DNA from: Patescibacteria group bacterium
GTDB taxonomy: Bacteria > Patescibacteriota > Patescibacteriia > UBA1558 > GWA2-36-10
DNA: 64,000 nucleotides
Reading direction: 5' to 3'
Assembly (NCBI GenBank): GCA_041650755.1
Contig: JBAZKN010000004.1
Location: 4,624-68,623 of the forward strand
Shown: in pieces, positions 8,680 to 19,676 of the stretch
How the letters are laid out: each line of letters starts with the position of its first letter
Position numbering within the stretch: the stretch's first letter is position 1
Position numbers and translations under genes: made by a program
Notes under the pieces: model-generated
What the model was told of the DNA's origin: nothing
The model's database searches: none
Seen by the model: only the letters and a program-made list of their open reading frames with translations

Positions 8680-8896
8680 TGCAACGCCCTCCCGTAAAGT
8701 TATTCTTGGAATGTTCGAACGTGGACATATTAAATTATAATATCTTTAGAAAATTGTCAATAATATCCAATGTTTTTTATATAGTCAAATGACTTTACTT
8801 TTTCTTTTAAAAATGGGAAAATTAAAATAGTTTCTAAGAGACATATCGGCTGCACTGGCAACAATCGTAAACTCAAACCCTGCCTCAAATAAAAAA

Positions 8897-10390
8897 ATGA
8901 CTATCTACCAAAAAATATTACAAAACCAAAAAGCATCTTCGCTTTTGATTATAATATTTTTTTTGCTACTAGCCTTTTTTTATTTATATCAACTAAACAA
9001 ATTGCCCCTGACTGCCTACGATGAAGCCATTTATGCCCAAGTGACACGCCAGACACTAGTTAGCAGCCAAATAACAACCCTGTATAATTTTGGCCAAGCT
9101 TGGTTAGAAAAACCACCGCTCTATTTTTGGCTAGCCATGACGAGTGTGAAAATTTTTGGCGATAGCGAAGCTGCTTTTCGTCTGCCCTCAGCCCTGCTGG
9201 CTATTTTGAGTTTTTGTCTGGTGTACCTGGTGACAAAAAAACTTAGCGGCAAAAAATCACTAGGTCTGATGGCTGCTTTTATTTTGGCCATCATTCCTTT
9301 TTATTATATTACTGGTCGGCAAGTCAGACTGGATGTGCCGCTGACCGCTATCATTCTATCTACCATCTATGTCTTTATTTTGGGTTGGGATAATAAAAAA
9401 TATTTACTAGGTATCTTCCCGCTAATGGCTTTGGCTGTACTGACAAAAAATATCGTTGGACTATTGGCCATACCCTTTGTCCTGATCTTTAGCCTAATCT
9501 ACAAACAGTGGTCTTGGTTAAAAAGTAAATATTTTTGGCTCGGTCTGCCCATCGGACTATTACTGGCCATACCCTGGCACTGGCGCCAGTATCAGCTTTG
9601 GGGAAATAATTTTTTGGAAACTTATCTTGGCTTTCATGTTTTAAACAGGTTTAGCAGCGGCTTTGGTAATGTCACACAAACCAACCCTTTAAGCTATTTT
9701 CATATTCTTTGGGATTATAGCTGGCCCTGGTGGCAAATATTTATTTTGCTATTAATAGTGGCCCTCATATTAAAAAAATTCTACCACACAGAAAAATCCT
9801 GGCGCTTGCTGCTGACCAGCTGGACTATCATGGCTTTTGTGATTTTTTTCTTTTCTTTATCCAAAACCAAAATATCCAGCTATCTACTACTAATGTATCC
9901 TTATTTAGCAATTGCCATAGCCGTCAGCCTATCTTACCTCTGGCAAATCATAAAACATAAATGGCTAAAAATACTGTATCTATTGTTCACTGGCGCCCTC
10001 TGCCTCTACTCTATCTTACTTTGTCTGGGGCAAGATGATCGTATCCTGAAAAATTTTCACTTCTTTTATGATTATAATCTGCGCGATATTGGCCGCTTGA
10101 TCAACTTGGAAAATAAACCTAATGCTAAAATCTATTATTTGTCCGGGCCGCCAGCTGAAACTATTAATTTTTACGCTCAACAACCGGTCAGCCAGGTTTC
10201 AGTCGACCAAGAAACAAAAACCATCAACCTGTCGGGGCCAGCCTTTATTTACCTCTATGACAGCAATCTGCCCCTATTTCTAGATGATGCCGGCCAAGTA
10301 AAAAAAGAATTTAGCTCTATCAGAGTAAAATATTCCCAGGACCATATACTCTTGCTCTATGGTGAACAGGACATTGTCTTACATTTTTAA
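8897..10390 (+). CDS. GT-C fold membrane glycosyltransferase, ArnT/PMT (GT39/GT83)-like
   Basis: About 11 TM segments, with YDEAIYAQ in the first periplasmic loop. Confidence 0.55.
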   Translation: MTIYQKILQNQKASSLLIIIFFLLLAFFYLYQLNKLPLTAYDEAIYAQVTRQTLVSSQITTLYNFGQAWLEKPPLYFWLAMTSVKIFGDSEAAFRLPSALLAILSFCLVYLVTKKLSGKKSLGLMAAFILAIIPFYYITGRQVRLDVPLTAIILSTIYVFILGWDNKKYLLGIFPLMALAVLTKNIVGLLAIPFVLIFSLIYKQWSWLKSKYFWLGLPIGLLLAIPWHWRQYQLWGNNFLETYLGFHVLNRFSSGFGNVTQTNPLSYFHILWDYSWPWWQIFILLLIVALILKKFYHTEKSWRLLLTSWTIMAFVIFFFSLSKTKISSYLLLMYPYLAIAIAVSLSYLWQIIKHKWLKILYLLFTGALCLYSILLCLGQDDRILKNFHFFYDYNLRDIGRLINLENKPNAKIYYLSGPPAETINFYAQQPVSQVSVDQETKTINLSGPAFIYLYDSNLPLFLDDAGQVKKEFSSIRVKYSQDHILLLYGEQDIVLHF

Positions 10391-10403
10391 GCAGCCAAAA
10401 AAT

Positions 10404-10432
10404 AAAAGCCAAAAATTGGCTCTTTATTTTTC
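10404..10432 (+). terminator. Rho-independent terminator
   Basis: AGCCAA-AAA-TTGGCT hairpin followed by a T-run, located after the stop at 10390. Confidence 0.45.
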
Positions 10433-10487
10433 TAAAATTTGATGCTAAACTCTAATAGCTTTCTAATAAAAATAACTAATATTATTT

Positions 10488-10868
10488 ATGAGTAAAAAAA
10501 TTTTGTTGTTGGTAGCTTTAGTCCTGATGTTCGGCGTCAGCGGCTGCGGCCGACCAAGCAACAATGATGCCAACGGCAATATTGGCGATCAAAATCTGAA
10601 CATGATCCTGCCGGATAATACTGTGCGAGTCAGAATAAAAGACTCCCAATTCATTTCCAAGACAGCTATTATCAAGGCTGGCATGACAGTATTATGGGTC
10701 AACCAAGACAATGTTGACCACCAAATAAAATCTACCACCTTTAGCTCACCCAAACTAAAACCCGGGGACACCTTCAGCTACACCTTTGATAATGTTGGCG
10801 TGTATGATTATGTTTGCTCGCTCCACCCAACGATGGCCGGCTCTATATCAGTCCAAACGCAAGAATAA
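10488..10868 (+). CDS. Cupredoxin (type-1 copper, amicyanin/plastocyanin-like) lipoprotein
   Basis: Lipobox VSGC. C-terminal CSLHPTM (Cys-x2-His-x2-Met) plus an upstream His. Confidence 0.65.
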   Translation: MSKKILLLVALVLMFGVSGCGRPSNNDANGNIGDQNLNMILPDNTVRVRIKDSQFISKTAIIKAGMTVLWVNQDNVDHQIKSTTFSSPKLKPGDTFSYTFDNVGVYDYVCSLHPTMAGSISVQTQE

Positions 10869-10879
10869 AAATAATAAGA

Positions 10880-11425
10880 ATGGATCGAGAGATTTTGGAT
10901 CAAAAAATAAGAAAGGTGCCCAATTTTCCTAAAGACGGGATTCTATTTTATGATGTCACTACTTTATTTGAAGACAAAGATACTTGGCGACAGTTGATCG
11001 ATGAGCTTTGCTGGCCATATCAGGATAAAAAAATAGATAAAATAGTCGGCATTGATGCTCGCGGATTTTTATTGGCAGCCGCCATGGGCTACAAACTGGG
11101 CACCGGTATTTCTTTGGTCCGTAAAAAGGGCAAATTGCCCTACGCCACAAAACAAGCCACCTATGAAAAAGAATATGGCCCAGATACGGTAGAAATGCAT
11201 GCCGACACTATTCGACCAGGAGAAACTGTTTTGATAGTTGACGACTTACTAGCTACTGGCGGGACAATATTGGCTGCCATTGATTTGGTGGAACAAATGC
11301 AAGGAAAAATTATCGGCCTTGAATTCATTATTAATTTGTCATTTTTACCCGGCTTAAAGAAACTGCAAGCCAATGGATTTGTGCCACATTATTTAATCGA
11401 TTATGATAATGAAAAAATTAAATAA
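10880..11425 (+). CDS. apt: Adenine phosphoribosyltransferase
   Basis: LIVDDLLATGGT PRPP-binding motif. Real start is MDREILD at 10880, inside the longer predicted ORF. Confidence 0.8.
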   Translation: MDREILDQKIRKVPNFPKDGILFYDVTTLFEDKDTWRQLIDELCWPYQDKKIDKIVGIDARGFLLAAAMGYKLGTGISLVRKKGKLPYATKQATYEKEYGPDTVEMHADTIRPGETVLIVDDLLATGGTILAAIDLVEQMQGKIIGLEFIINLSFLPGLKKLQANGFVPHYLIDYDNEKIK

Positions 11426-11436
11426 TTATACAAAAG

Positions 11437-12255
11437 ATGACTAGTGCAAAAATAAAAGTTGGTATCATCGGTGGCTCTGGACTGGACAACCCTGACCTAC
11501 TAACCAGACAAAAATCCATCGACTTAGACACGCCTTTTGGCCAACCATCATCTAGTATCAATACCGGAAAAATTGGCGAGGTAGAAGTGGCCATCATTGC
11601 CCGACACGGTAAAAACCATTCTTTGATGCCAGGCAAAGTCCCCTATCAAGCCAATGTCTGGGCGCTCAAACAAGTCGGCTGCAGCCATATTTTAGCTACT
11701 ACCGCTTGCGGCTCGCTGCAAAAAAATTTTAGACCAGGCGACCTCGTTTTTATCGATCAATTTATTGACTTCACCAAACACCGCAACCCAACCTTTTACC
11801 AGGACCATGTCATTCACACGCCCATGGCTGATCCATTTTGCTATAATTTACGCCAACGATTGACGGCAACAGCCAAGGAGCTAAAACTGCCACACCATTC
11901 TCAAGGCACCATCGTCACCATTGAGGGACCCCGTTTTTCTACCCGGGCAGAATCAAAAATGTTTCGCTCTTGGCAAGCAGATGTTATCAATATGTCTACT
12001 GTACCAGAAGTGACTTTGGCTAGAGAAATAGGTATTTGTTATCAATCTATCGCTATGGTCACCGACTATGACTGCTGGAAAGAAAAAGAAGCGCCAGTCA
12101 CTTGGGAAATGGTCATGGAACAAATGAATAAAAATATTGGCAATATCAAAAAATTATTACTGGCTGTCCTGCCTAAAATAGATTTTTATGCCTGCGACTG
12201 CAAAAAAACTACGGCCGACATGGCTGAATACGAAACCAAAAAACCCGTCCAATAA
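11437..12255 (+). CDS. mtnP: S-methyl-5'-thioadenosine phosphorylase
   Basis: KVGIIGGSGL N-terminus and the PNP/MTAP family pattern throughout. Confidence 0.75.
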   Translation: MTSAKIKVGIIGGSGLDNPDLLTRQKSIDLDTPFGQPSSSINTGKIGEVEVAIIARHGKNHSLMPGKVPYQANVWALKQVGCSHILATTACGSLQKNFRPGDLVFIDQFIDFTKHRNPTFYQDHVIHTPMADPFCYNLRQRLTATAKELKLPHHSQGTIVTIEGPRFSTRAESKMFRSWQADVINMSTVPEVTLAREIGICYQSIAMVTDYDCWKEKEAPVTWEMVMEQMNKNIGNIKKLLLAVLPKIDFYACDCKKTTADMAEYETKKPVQ

Positions 12256-12270
12256 GACGGGTTTAAAAAT
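12237..12270. terminator. Bidirectional intrinsic terminator between convergent genes
   Basis: ACCCGTC-caataa-GACGGGT hairpin flanked by A-run and T-run. Overlaps the mtnP stop. Confidence 0.5.
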
Positions 12271-13934
12271 TATTTAATTATTTTCAGCTGGCCAAAGTCA
12301 AGGGTCATTATTTTCATCTGATCAGCATCTATCTTTTGCGCTAAATCCCCTTGGGGCAAAAGCCTGATCAAATTGGCGGTATAGTTTTGATAATTATAAT
12401 GCCACAGCTCCCAATACATATCAAACATATTAATAGAAGTAGTACCAGTTACTACAAAGCTGCCATCAATGCTCTCCGCCCACCAGCCCTTAGCGTCCCG
12501 ACGCCAATTCAATAAATGATAATTGGCATTTTTTTGGTTAAGCTGAAGATAAACTGGCAGAGGCATAATTTCTGGATAAGTGTCTGGATAAGTAAGCATC
12601 AGGGCCTGCTGCAGATTATTGCGAAAAACTTCGGCTCCAGCTAGGTTATCCGGCAAGCCAACGGTTATTATTTTTTGCCCCGGCGCCAAGCCAAGTCTAG
12701 GATAACTAGCTACGATTTGTCTGGCTAGTTGGCTGCTTTTTTCCCAGATCATATTTTTTTGGCCGATAATCAATAGACTGCAAAGCAAACAAAACCCCAA
12801 TAAGGCCAGACGGCTAGTTTTATTAAAACTTATCTTATTAAATAAAAATATAAACCAGTAGAGAAAAAATATGACCGGCAGATAAACATAGCGCTCACCA
12901 GCAAAAGTGGTCCGATGCAAACCCAGTGGCACAACTGGCAACAAAGTAGCCAGACACAATAGCCATAAAAATAATTGCTTGTATTTTTTCTTAATTAGAA
13001 GATAGGCAACGTAGAGCAAGAGCAGCAAAACAAAAAATATGCCAATTAATAAAGGATAATTATACCATAGCTTATAAAGTGGCGACCGAAAATAGCCGGC
13101 GCTAGCAAACTCCAATATCATGGCCTGGGCATTGGCCAGCCAAATGCTCCAGTGAAACTGCAAATTATTTTGACCATAATATCCAAAAAAGGTTTGAGTT
13201 GCTTCCTGCCTGACTGCAAAAAATATAGCCAATAAAATAAAATCCGCTAAAATATATTTGCCATTCTGCCAAAATTGTTTCGCCTTCGTGTCTCCTATCG
13301 CCAAGAGGTAGCACTCTAATAATAAAATTAGTATGGGCAAGGTCAAAACAATTTCTTTGACCAATAGGCCGATTGCGAAAGCCAAAATAGACAGGCTGAA
13401 AAATGTTTTTTGCTGATTCTCACGCGCTCGTAAAAATAATAAAAAGCTAAGTAAATAAAATAGGGTCGCCCAAAGGTGTGGCCAGGCCGCTAACCAAGAA
13501 ACTGCCTCTACTTGCGTTGGCCAGACTAAAAATAATATGGCCGCTAAACTTGATAATGCTCGACTGGAATCTACTTTGCATAAGCTGAATATTTTTTTAC
13601 CCAAACAATATACCAGGCAGGCATTGGTAGCGTGCAACACCAGACTTAAGCCGTGGTAGGCGCTGGCTTTTAGGCCGAATAAGGTGAAAAATATTTTCCA
13701 AATGACAAATAAAAATGGGTTATAAGAACCGCCCCAAGTAGTGCCTTCATAATTAGTAACAAAAATAGACCAGCTCCAAAGCCTAGTTTTAGCCAGCCAA
13801 AGCCAATGCCAATCATCTGAAACAAAATAATAATTTAGCGTAGAACCAAAAATAAAAAACGCAACTAACAAAAACACCAGCCAGATAAGTACTGACCGAT
13901 ACTTGGCTGGTGTCTTGGCTATAAATTTAAACAT
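12270..13934 (-). CDS. Polytopic membrane protein, possibly a GT-C glycosyltransferase
   Basis: 554 aa with many TM helices. N-terminal YFVSDDWHW acidic motif sits in the first loop. Confidence 0.35.
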   Translation of the reverse strand: MFKFIAKTPAKYRSVLIWLVFLLVAFFIFGSTLNYYFVSDDWHWLWLAKTRLWSWSIFVTNYEGTTWGGSYNPFLFVIWKIFFTLFGLKASAYHGLSLVLHATNACLVYCLGKKIFSLCKVDSSRALSSLAAILFLVWPTQVEAVSWLAAWPHLWATLFYLLSFLLFLRARENQQKTFFSLSILAFAIGLLVKEIVLTLPILILLLECYLLAIGDTKAKQFWQNGKYILADFILLAIFFAVRQEATQTFFGYYGQNNLQFHWSIWLANAQAMILEFASAGYFRSPLYKLWYNYPLLIGIFFVLLLLLYVAYLLIKKKYKQLFLWLLCLATLLPVVPLGLHRTTFAGERYVYLPVIFFLYWFIFLFNKISFNKTSRLALLGFCLLCSLLIIGQKNMIWEKSSQLARQIVASYPRLGLAPGQKIITVGLPDNLAGAEVFRNNLQQALMLTYPDTYPEIMPLPVYLQLNQKNANYHLLNWRRDAKGWWAESIDGSFVVTGTTSINMFDMYWELWHYNYQNYTANLIRLLPQGDLAQKIDADQMKIMTLDFGQLKIIK

Positions 13935-13938
13935 TTAT

Positions 13939-14397
13939 TTAAAGGGATAGTTTGAGCATCGCCAAAATAAAAACCAATTGAATGACGACACCTACCTTAA
14001 AAGGAAGTTTAACCCCCAGAATATCATGGATTTTGCTATGCAGTCGGCAAAACCAATCCAGCCATTTGACCCTAAAAACCTGGACGCTGGCCCAAAGCAC
14101 ATCTGGCAGCCAGGCACCAATCACGGCCGATGATAACGCTCCATGATTTATGTTTAATTTTGACTGCAAAAAAATAAATACTAAACATAGTGATAAAAAA
14201 GCATCTAGAGCCGCTGTTTTTACAAAATAACGCAAGCGAGCTGATTCATCGGTAATATGCTGTCCGATATTTTCATCTCCATGGGGGATAATATCTAAAA
14301 TAAAGTGGGATACAATACCTAAAATAAAAGCCAATAGCGGATTGGCCACTTTGGTAGAAATATAAATAGCGGCCGAAGTATGTGCGGATAATGTCAT
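13939..14397 (-). CDS. Membrane-bound metal-dependent hydrolase (DUF457-like)
   Basis: HFILDIIPHGD motif and 4 TM segments. Confidence 0.45.
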   Translation of the reverse strand: MTLSAHTSAAIYISTKVANPLLAFILGIVSHFILDIIPHGDENIGQHITDESARLRYFVKTAALDAFLSLCLVFIFLQSKLNINHGALSSAVIGAWLPDVLWASVQVFRVKWLDWFCRLHSKIHDILGVKLPFKVGVVIQLVFILAMLKLSL

Positions 14398-14408
14398 GGG
14401 ATTAATGT

Positions 14409-15713
14409 TTAATAGTCTCTTAGCTTGCGCATGTCCTCGTGTTTCTTGATGCGCTCCAGAGCTTTGGCCTCAATCTGCCTGATGCGTTCACGAGTCACGC
14501 CAAACTCTTGACCCACTTCCTCCAGAGTATGAGCTACGCCGTCTAAGAGGCCAAAGCGCATTTCCAAAATTTTCTGCTCCCGCGGCGTCAGATCTTGAAT
14601 TACTTTACGAACGTGATCAGATAATAGCTTCATGGCGGCTACTCTATCGGGGCCGATATTTTTTTCGTCTTCAATAAAATCACCCAAGGTGCTGTCTTCA
14701 TCATCATCACCAACTGACGCCTCCAAAGACACGGTCTCCTGGGAAATTTTTATAATTTGCCGGATTTTATCAATATCCTCGCCCATTTCAGCAGCAATCT
14801 CCTCTGGCAACGGATCACGACCAAGCTCCTGGACCAAACGCCGCTCTATTTGATTGAAACGATTAATAGTCTCGACCATGTGCACTGGAATACGAATAGT
14901 ACGCGATTGATCGGCCAGAGCACGAGTAATAGCTTGCCTAATCCACCAAGTGGCATAAGTAGAAAATTTGTAACCCTTGCGATAATCAAATTTCTCTACT
15001 GCCCTAAACAGACCAATATTACCCTCTTGGATGAGATCAAGAAGAGTCAAGGACCGGCCGGTAAATTTTTTGGCTATGGACACAACCAGACGCAAATTTG
15101 ATTCGATCAATTTCTTCTTGGCTTCCAGGTCGCCTTTTTCTTTGCGTTTGGCATACATCATCTCTTCCTCTTGATTAAGCAGGGGCACCTTACCAATTTC
15201 CCGCAAATACATCTGGATGCTGTCGGCGGCGATATCAGTCAGATCACCCCGTTTTTCATCACTCTGAATGCCGGATTTGGCCAGCATCTCTGTCCCCTTG
15301 GTATGGACATCCAAAATGCTGCCATCAGTTGAGACTACCTGAACAGCCATATCCTCCAGCCTATCCAGAAAATTTTCCAAGCGGGGCACATAATCTTCAA
15401 GATCAGAAAACACCCGCAGAACCTCTTCTTCGGTAACAAAACCACGGCCATGAGCCTTTCTCAATAAAGCATCTACCACTTCTTGAGTCAGCTCTGCTTT
15501 GGGGGCCTTGATTTTTACTTTTAATTTTTTACGAGTTTTGGCAACTTTCTTGCCGGATTTTTTTAGCGCTGAAGCTTGATTTTTTTTAGCCGCCGCATGT
15601 TTTGCGGAGATTGGCTTGACCCGAGAGGTCTTGTGCGCACTGCGTGGGGCAGTGTGTTTAGAATTTTTATTCAATTTTTTCTTAGGCCTGTTTGGCCTCG
15701 TTTTTTTTGCCAT
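14409..15713 (-). CDS. rpoD: RNA polymerase sigma-70 factor RpoD
   Basis: Regions 2-4 are conserved ([39 protein letters not shown]; helix-turn-helix (HTH) region 4). Lys-rich basic N-terminal tail. Confidence 0.9.
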   Translation of the reverse strand: MAKKTRPNRPKKKLNKNSKHTAPRSAHKTSRVKPISAKHAAAKKNQASALKKSGKKVAKTRKKLKVKIKAPKAELTQEVVDALLRKAHGRGFVTEEEVLRVFSDLEDYVPRLENFLDRLEDMAVQVVSTDGSILDVHTKGTEMLAKSGIQSDEKRGDLTDIAADSIQMYLREIGKVPLLNQEEEMMYAKRKEKGDLEAKKKLIESNLRLVVSIAKKFTGRSLTLLDLIQEGNIGLFRAVEKFDYRKGYKFSTYATWWIRQAITRALADQSRTIRIPVHMVETINRFNQIERRLVQELGRDPLPEEIAAEMGEDIDKIRQIIKISQETVSLEASVGDDDEDSTLGDFIEDEKNIGPDRVAAMKLLSDHVRKVIQDLTPREQKILEMRFGLLDGVAHTLEEVGQEFGVTRERIRQIEAKALERIKKHEDMRKLRDY

Positions 15714-17503
15714 TAGCGCTGCAATTTATTTAACTCTTTATTTAATAAATTAATCTGATGGGTTAAAATATCTACTTTGATAATATCGCCAGCTAATTCC
15801 GCCTGCTTGAGCTGCTCCCGCAAAGTCTGGTGTTGCTCCTGGCAGCGAGTTAATTTTAGGCGATTTACTAAATTTTCAAAGATCAGGGACAATTCGCGCT
15901 CCGTCATCTGATCATAATCCTTTTCACCGGTGATGCTGAGGCGTACCCAATCATCTTTTTCATTTGACTCCAACTCGCCGTTATCGGCAAAATTGTCCAA
16001 AGTATGATGCTTAGTATAATAAATGATAACCTTTCTGTAAAGAGATTGCAAATCGGCAGCCATCAACTCTGGGTCTACCTGAGCCAATAATTTATCAAGA
16101 TATTCACCCCGATAAAAAGCTATAGCCAGTAGCTGATCGCTCAAGAGCCACAAAGTATTCTTTTTTTGAGACAAAGACTGCTGCCAGGTTTGCTCTTGGC
16201 TGGATAAAAAAGTCTTGGCTTGAGAAATATCAGCTTGTAAAATCGATATAGGTATATTCAGCTTATCTGATAAAGCTTGCAAATAATGGACCTGCTCTAC
16301 TTGACTTTTTAAAAACTTGATAATCGGCAATAATTTTTGTACGGCAATCTTTTTGTGATCAGCCCGATTCAAATCCACGCCTGATAAAATTCTAAGGAAA
16401 TAATAATCCATAACCGGGATTGCCTCTTTGACTGCCTGGCGCCACTTAGCCGGATCATCCTTCACCATATCAGCTGGGTCAGAGCTGGGAGGTAAAACTA
16501 AAATTTTGATATTGAAATCAACCTGCCAACCCAAAGTAATACTACGAAAGGCCGCCTGTGATCCGGCTGTATCCCCATCAAAAGCCAAAATAATATTATC
16601 AGTATAGCGTTTTATTAATTTCAAGTGATCAATGGTCAAAGCCGTGCCCGAGACAGCCACAGTATTAGTGGTGCCAGCTTGATGACAGGCGATAGCATCC
16701 ATGTTGCCCTCGACAATAATCAAATATTTTTTCTGCCTAATGGCTTCTTTGGCTAAATGCCAGCCATACAATATTTTTCCTTTGTCATAAACAGAAGTCT
16801 GGGGACTATTGATATACTTACCGCCAAAATCATCCTCTACATAGGCAATACCAGCCAGAGTGCGCGAAGTAAAAGCTACTACCTTGCCGCTAGCATCGCT
16901 GAGTGGAAACATTAGTCGTTTGCGAAAACGATCAACATAGCCTGAACCGTTTTTCTTCTTAACTATCAAACCGGCTTGAAAAATCTCATCATCCTGATAA
17001 TTTTTTTCTCTCAAAAATAAATATAGCTCATCCCAAGCTTCGCCCGACAAGCCTAATTGCCATTTTTTTATGCTATCTGAAGTAATTTTGCGCTTGGTCA
17101 AATATCCTTGAACTTTTTCGGCAATCTCTATATCGGCGGCCAATTTTTTTTGATAAAATTCAAGAGCCAATTGATTCATATCATAAAGCCGACCATGATC
17201 TTCTTTATGGCTAGCCGTATATTCTGGCAAAACCACGTTGGCTTTTTGAGCCAGCTGGCGCAAGGCCTCGGGAAAGGTCAAACCCTCGTATTCCTGAACA
17301 AAAGTAATCACATCTCCGCCCTTGCCGCAGCCAAAACAATGCCAAATTTGCTTTTCTTTAGAAACCATAAAGCTGGGAGTTTTTTCATTATGAAAAGGGC
17401 AGCGGGCGCGCCAATTGGCGCCAGCCAAAGCTAAATTAATATAACTGCCAATAATATCAACTATATCCAGTCTAGCTTTTATTTCCTCGGTGGGATTCAT
17501 CAT
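15713..17503 (-). CDS. dnaG: DNA primase
   Basis: Zinc ribbon [11 protein letters not shown]...CFGCG and a TOPRIM domain. Located upstream of rpoD in the classic arrangement. Confidence 0.9.
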   Translation of the reverse strand: MMNPTEEIKARLDIVDIIGSYINLALAGANWRARCPFHNEKTPSFMVSKEKQIWHCFGCGKGGDVITFVQEYEGLTFPEALRQLAQKANVVLPEYTASHKEDHGRLYDMNQLALEFYQKKLAADIEIAEKVQGYLTKRKITSDSIKKWQLGLSGEAWDELYLFLREKNYQDDEIFQAGLIVKKKNGSGYVDRFRKRLMFPLSDASGKVVAFTSRTLAGIAYVEDDFGGKYINSPQTSVYDKGKILYGWHLAKEAIRQKKYLIIVEGNMDAIACHQAGTTNTVAVSGTALTIDHLKLIKRYTDNIILAFDGDTAGSQAAFRSITLGWQVDFNIKILVLPPSSDPADMVKDDPAKWRQAVKEAIPVMDYYFLRILSGVDLNRADHKKIAVQKLLPIIKFLKSQVEQVHYLQALSDKLNIPISILQADISQAKTFLSSQEQTWQQSLSQKKNTLWLLSDQLLAIAFYRGEYLDKLLAQVDPELMAADLQSLYRKVIIYYTKHHTLDNFADNGELESNEKDDWVRLSITGEKDYDQMTERELSLIFENLVNRLKLTRCQEQHQTLREQLKQAELAGDIIKVDILTHQINLLNKELNKLQR

Positions 17504-17550
17504 AACCTTATATTAAGGTAAATAGGCATTTTAGTCAAAATCAAACCTAA

Positions 17551-17578
17551 AGAAAAAGCGCCCGATCGCTCGAGCGCT
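17551..17578 (-). terminator. Terminator for the GC-rich ORF 17589..18026
   Basis: AGCGC...GCGCT hairpin followed by T-run on the minus strand. A TTGACT-N17-TAATAT promoter-like sequence for dnaG lies directly downstream. Confidence 0.4.
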
Positions 17579-17588
17579 CCCCATGTGT

Positions 17589-18026
17589 TCAGGAGATCTG
17601 GTAGAGAGGTGTGCCGTGCCGAGAGCGTCGGCACTGCACCACTCCGCTACTCTGCAGAGCATCGAGCACCTGATCCAGTTCCTTCTGGCTGACCTGGCGT
17701 CCATGACGACGGAGCATCCGAAGAATCTCGCCAGATGGTCTGGCATTGCTCTGCCGCAGCAAGACAGCAAGAACTGCATCACGGCTCAAGCTCGGTTGAG
17801 AAGGCTGCGGCGACACAGCCACTGCGGCAACGCGCCGACCACCCGTAGGGCCAAGATCCACGTAGGCACCCACGCCCTTTGGACCACAGCTGGCCTGTGT
17901 GGGCTGAGCTAGCTTCGGTTGTTGCTCACGTCGAGCTCGCTCGACTCTGCCTTGCCTGGCCAGAGCGATGCAACCCCAGACACCCAGCGCCAGAATGACC
18001 AACGAAAGCGCTATTGAGAACCACAT
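17589..18026 (-). CDS. Hypothetical protein in GC-rich island 2: N-terminal TM helix plus a C-terminal winged-helix-like domain
   Basis: 145 aa with GGGGGAGGTG SD. One TM (WFSIALSLVILALGVWGCIAL). C-terminus EILRMLRRHGRQVSQKELDQVLDALQSSGVV is wHTH-like. Visibly GC-rich. Confidence 0.45.
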   Translation of the reverse strand: MWFSIALSLVILALGVWGCIALARQGRVERARREQQPKLAQPTQASCGPKGVGAYVDLGPTGGRRVAAVAVSPQPSQPSLSRDAVLAVLLRQSNARPSGEILRMLRRHGRQVSQKELDQVLDALQSSGVVQCRRSRHGTPLYQIS

Positions 18027-18148
18027 CCTTAGAACACCTCCCCCCTTAAATTATGGGTGAAAATTGACTGTTGATGTACACCTGATGTGAAATCAGAAAA
18101 AATTATAATATTATATATTATTAATTCTGTCAACCCACAAGGCAACCA

Positions 18149-18616
18149 TCACCTCGCGGATGGTATTTCCAAATCTAATAAATATTGCTTTCTTTTTAAT
18201 CCCCCCGCATAACCAATTAAATCTCCTTTGCTGCCCACCACCCGATGGCAAGGAATGACTATGGCTATGGAATTTTTGTGGACTGCTTGACCGACTGCCC
18301 TAGCAGATTTAGGCCTACCAATAGCCAAAGCTAAATCTTGATAAGAAATAACACTGCCATAGGGTATGCCCTTTAGACAATGCCAGACCGCGGTCTGAAA
18401 TTCTGTGCCAGAAATAACCATGGGTAAAAAAAATTTTTTCCTTTTTTGAGAAAAATATTCCTGCAGTTGTCTGGCTGCCTGCCGAGAAATTTTATTAGCA
18501 GAACCGATGCGCCTAGTAGCCGTGGAAACAAAATCAATACCAACCACAAATTGGCCTGCCACCACAATGCGGAGCAGGCCAATCGGCGTTTCCAGATAAC
18601 TAAAATATTCCTTCAC
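18149..18616 (-). CDS. ogt: Methylated-DNA-protein-cysteine methyltransferase
   Basis: VIPCHRVVGSKG active-site motif. Confidence 0.85.
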   Translation of the reverse strand: MKEYFSYLETPIGLLRIVVAGQFVVGIDFVSTATRRIGSANKISRQAARQLQEYFSQKRKKFFLPMVISGTEFQTAVWHCLKGIPYGSVISYQDLALAIGRPKSARAVGQAVHKNSIAIVIPCHRVVGSKGDLIGYAGGLKRKQYLLDLEIPSAR

Positions 18617-18620
18617 AGAA

Positions 18621-19571
18621 CTACTTTACCGGCACTGGCACATTACCAATCGGCGTGCCGTCTTTTGCTAGAGCCTCTACTTTTTGACTCAAGCATTGAT
18701 AGCCGGACGCATGCACCCAGCGGGCGTCATAATAATAGTAAGCTTCTTTGTTGGGATCTATTTTGGTAGTGTCGGTCAAAAAAGTAGCGCACAATTCGTA
18801 ATCGCGGTCACCTTTGACTTGATACTTAAAAACTTCTTGGCTGCTGGGATTCTCAAATAGGCTATCGTTCAAATATTTATACTCAGCGCGCAAGGCCTGA
18901 AAATCAGCCGGCAATTTTTTGTAAGTCTGATAATAGTTATTTAAATTATAATGAATTTCACTCAAATTATTGGTCACCCGCTGATCTATTTGTCTGGATC
19001 TGGCTAATTTTGGCGACTCAACAATTGTCAAAGAAGCAATGAAAACGGCTACCACTAAACACAAAGACCCATAAAAATAAAAGCGAATTAATTTGTCTTT
19101 GTGGCCTTCAACTTTTTCGCGACGAATATCGTAAAAATAAAAAGAAAAAACAATACCGGCAATCACCAGGGTAGTCAAGGCTTTGAGTATAAAACGACTG
19201 CTCAGTTCACCATTCAAAAACATGACCAAAACGCCTATCAAAGATCCGATCATCACCAAAAAGGCGATAAAAATAATCAAATAAGTCAGCCATTTACGCA
19301 CGCCTGACTCCTTATCAAGTTCTCCTTTGTACAGACTGCGATAAATAAATCTGGTGCTTAAATAATAAACCGGCGTGGCGATGACAATAGCGGCAATGGC
19401 AAATTTCAGCATTTCTTGATTGAACATGCCGGTATTATTGCCTATAGTATCAACTATGTACTTATTGACAAATTGAAAAATCACCTGGCCAACATCAACT
19501 GCCACAAAACCTAAGGCCACTAAGGATAGAAGGTACAAAAAAGCGAATTTAGCTGAATTATTTTTGCTCAT
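18621..19571 (-). CDS. Membrane protein, hypothetical
   Basis: 316 aa with multiple TM helices in the N-terminal half. No motif recognised. Confidence 0.5.
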   Translation of the reverse strand: MSKNNSAKFAFLYLLSLVALGFVAVDVGQVIFQFVNKYIVDTIGNNTGMFNQEMLKFAIAAIVIATPVYYLSTRFIYRSLYKGELDKESGVRKWLTYLIIFIAFLVMIGSLIGVLVMFLNGELSSRFILKALTTLVIAGIVFSFYFYDIRREKVEGHKDKLIRFYFYGSLCLVVAVFIASLTIVESPKLARSRQIDQRVTNNLSEIHYNLNNYYQTYKKLPADFQALRAEYKYLNDSLFENPSSQEVFKYQVKGDRDYELCATFLTDTTKIDPNKEAYYYYDARWVHASGYQCLSQKVEALAKDGTPIGNVPVPVK

Positions 19572-19676
19572 AATTTTTTATCCCGTTAGAAATTTATATA
19601 TTAATTTAATAATAACTTATATAATGATAAAAGTAAAATTTTTATAATAAATGCCACTAAAAATAATGGTCAATTT

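Noticed and set aside
8105-8697. Additional long ORFs on the + strand of GC-rich island 1 (8105..8428, 8227..8697)
   Set aside because: High GC depletes stop codons, so long ORFs on both strands are expected. The minus-strand ORF has the better SD and a downstream terminator. The + strand ORFs are treated as probable artefacts, though the strand choice remains uncertain.
14632-15101. Small antisense ORFs within rpoD, dnaG, uvrA, ppsA and other genes
   Set aside because: They are nested in strongly supported genes, have no SD and show no recognisable motifs.
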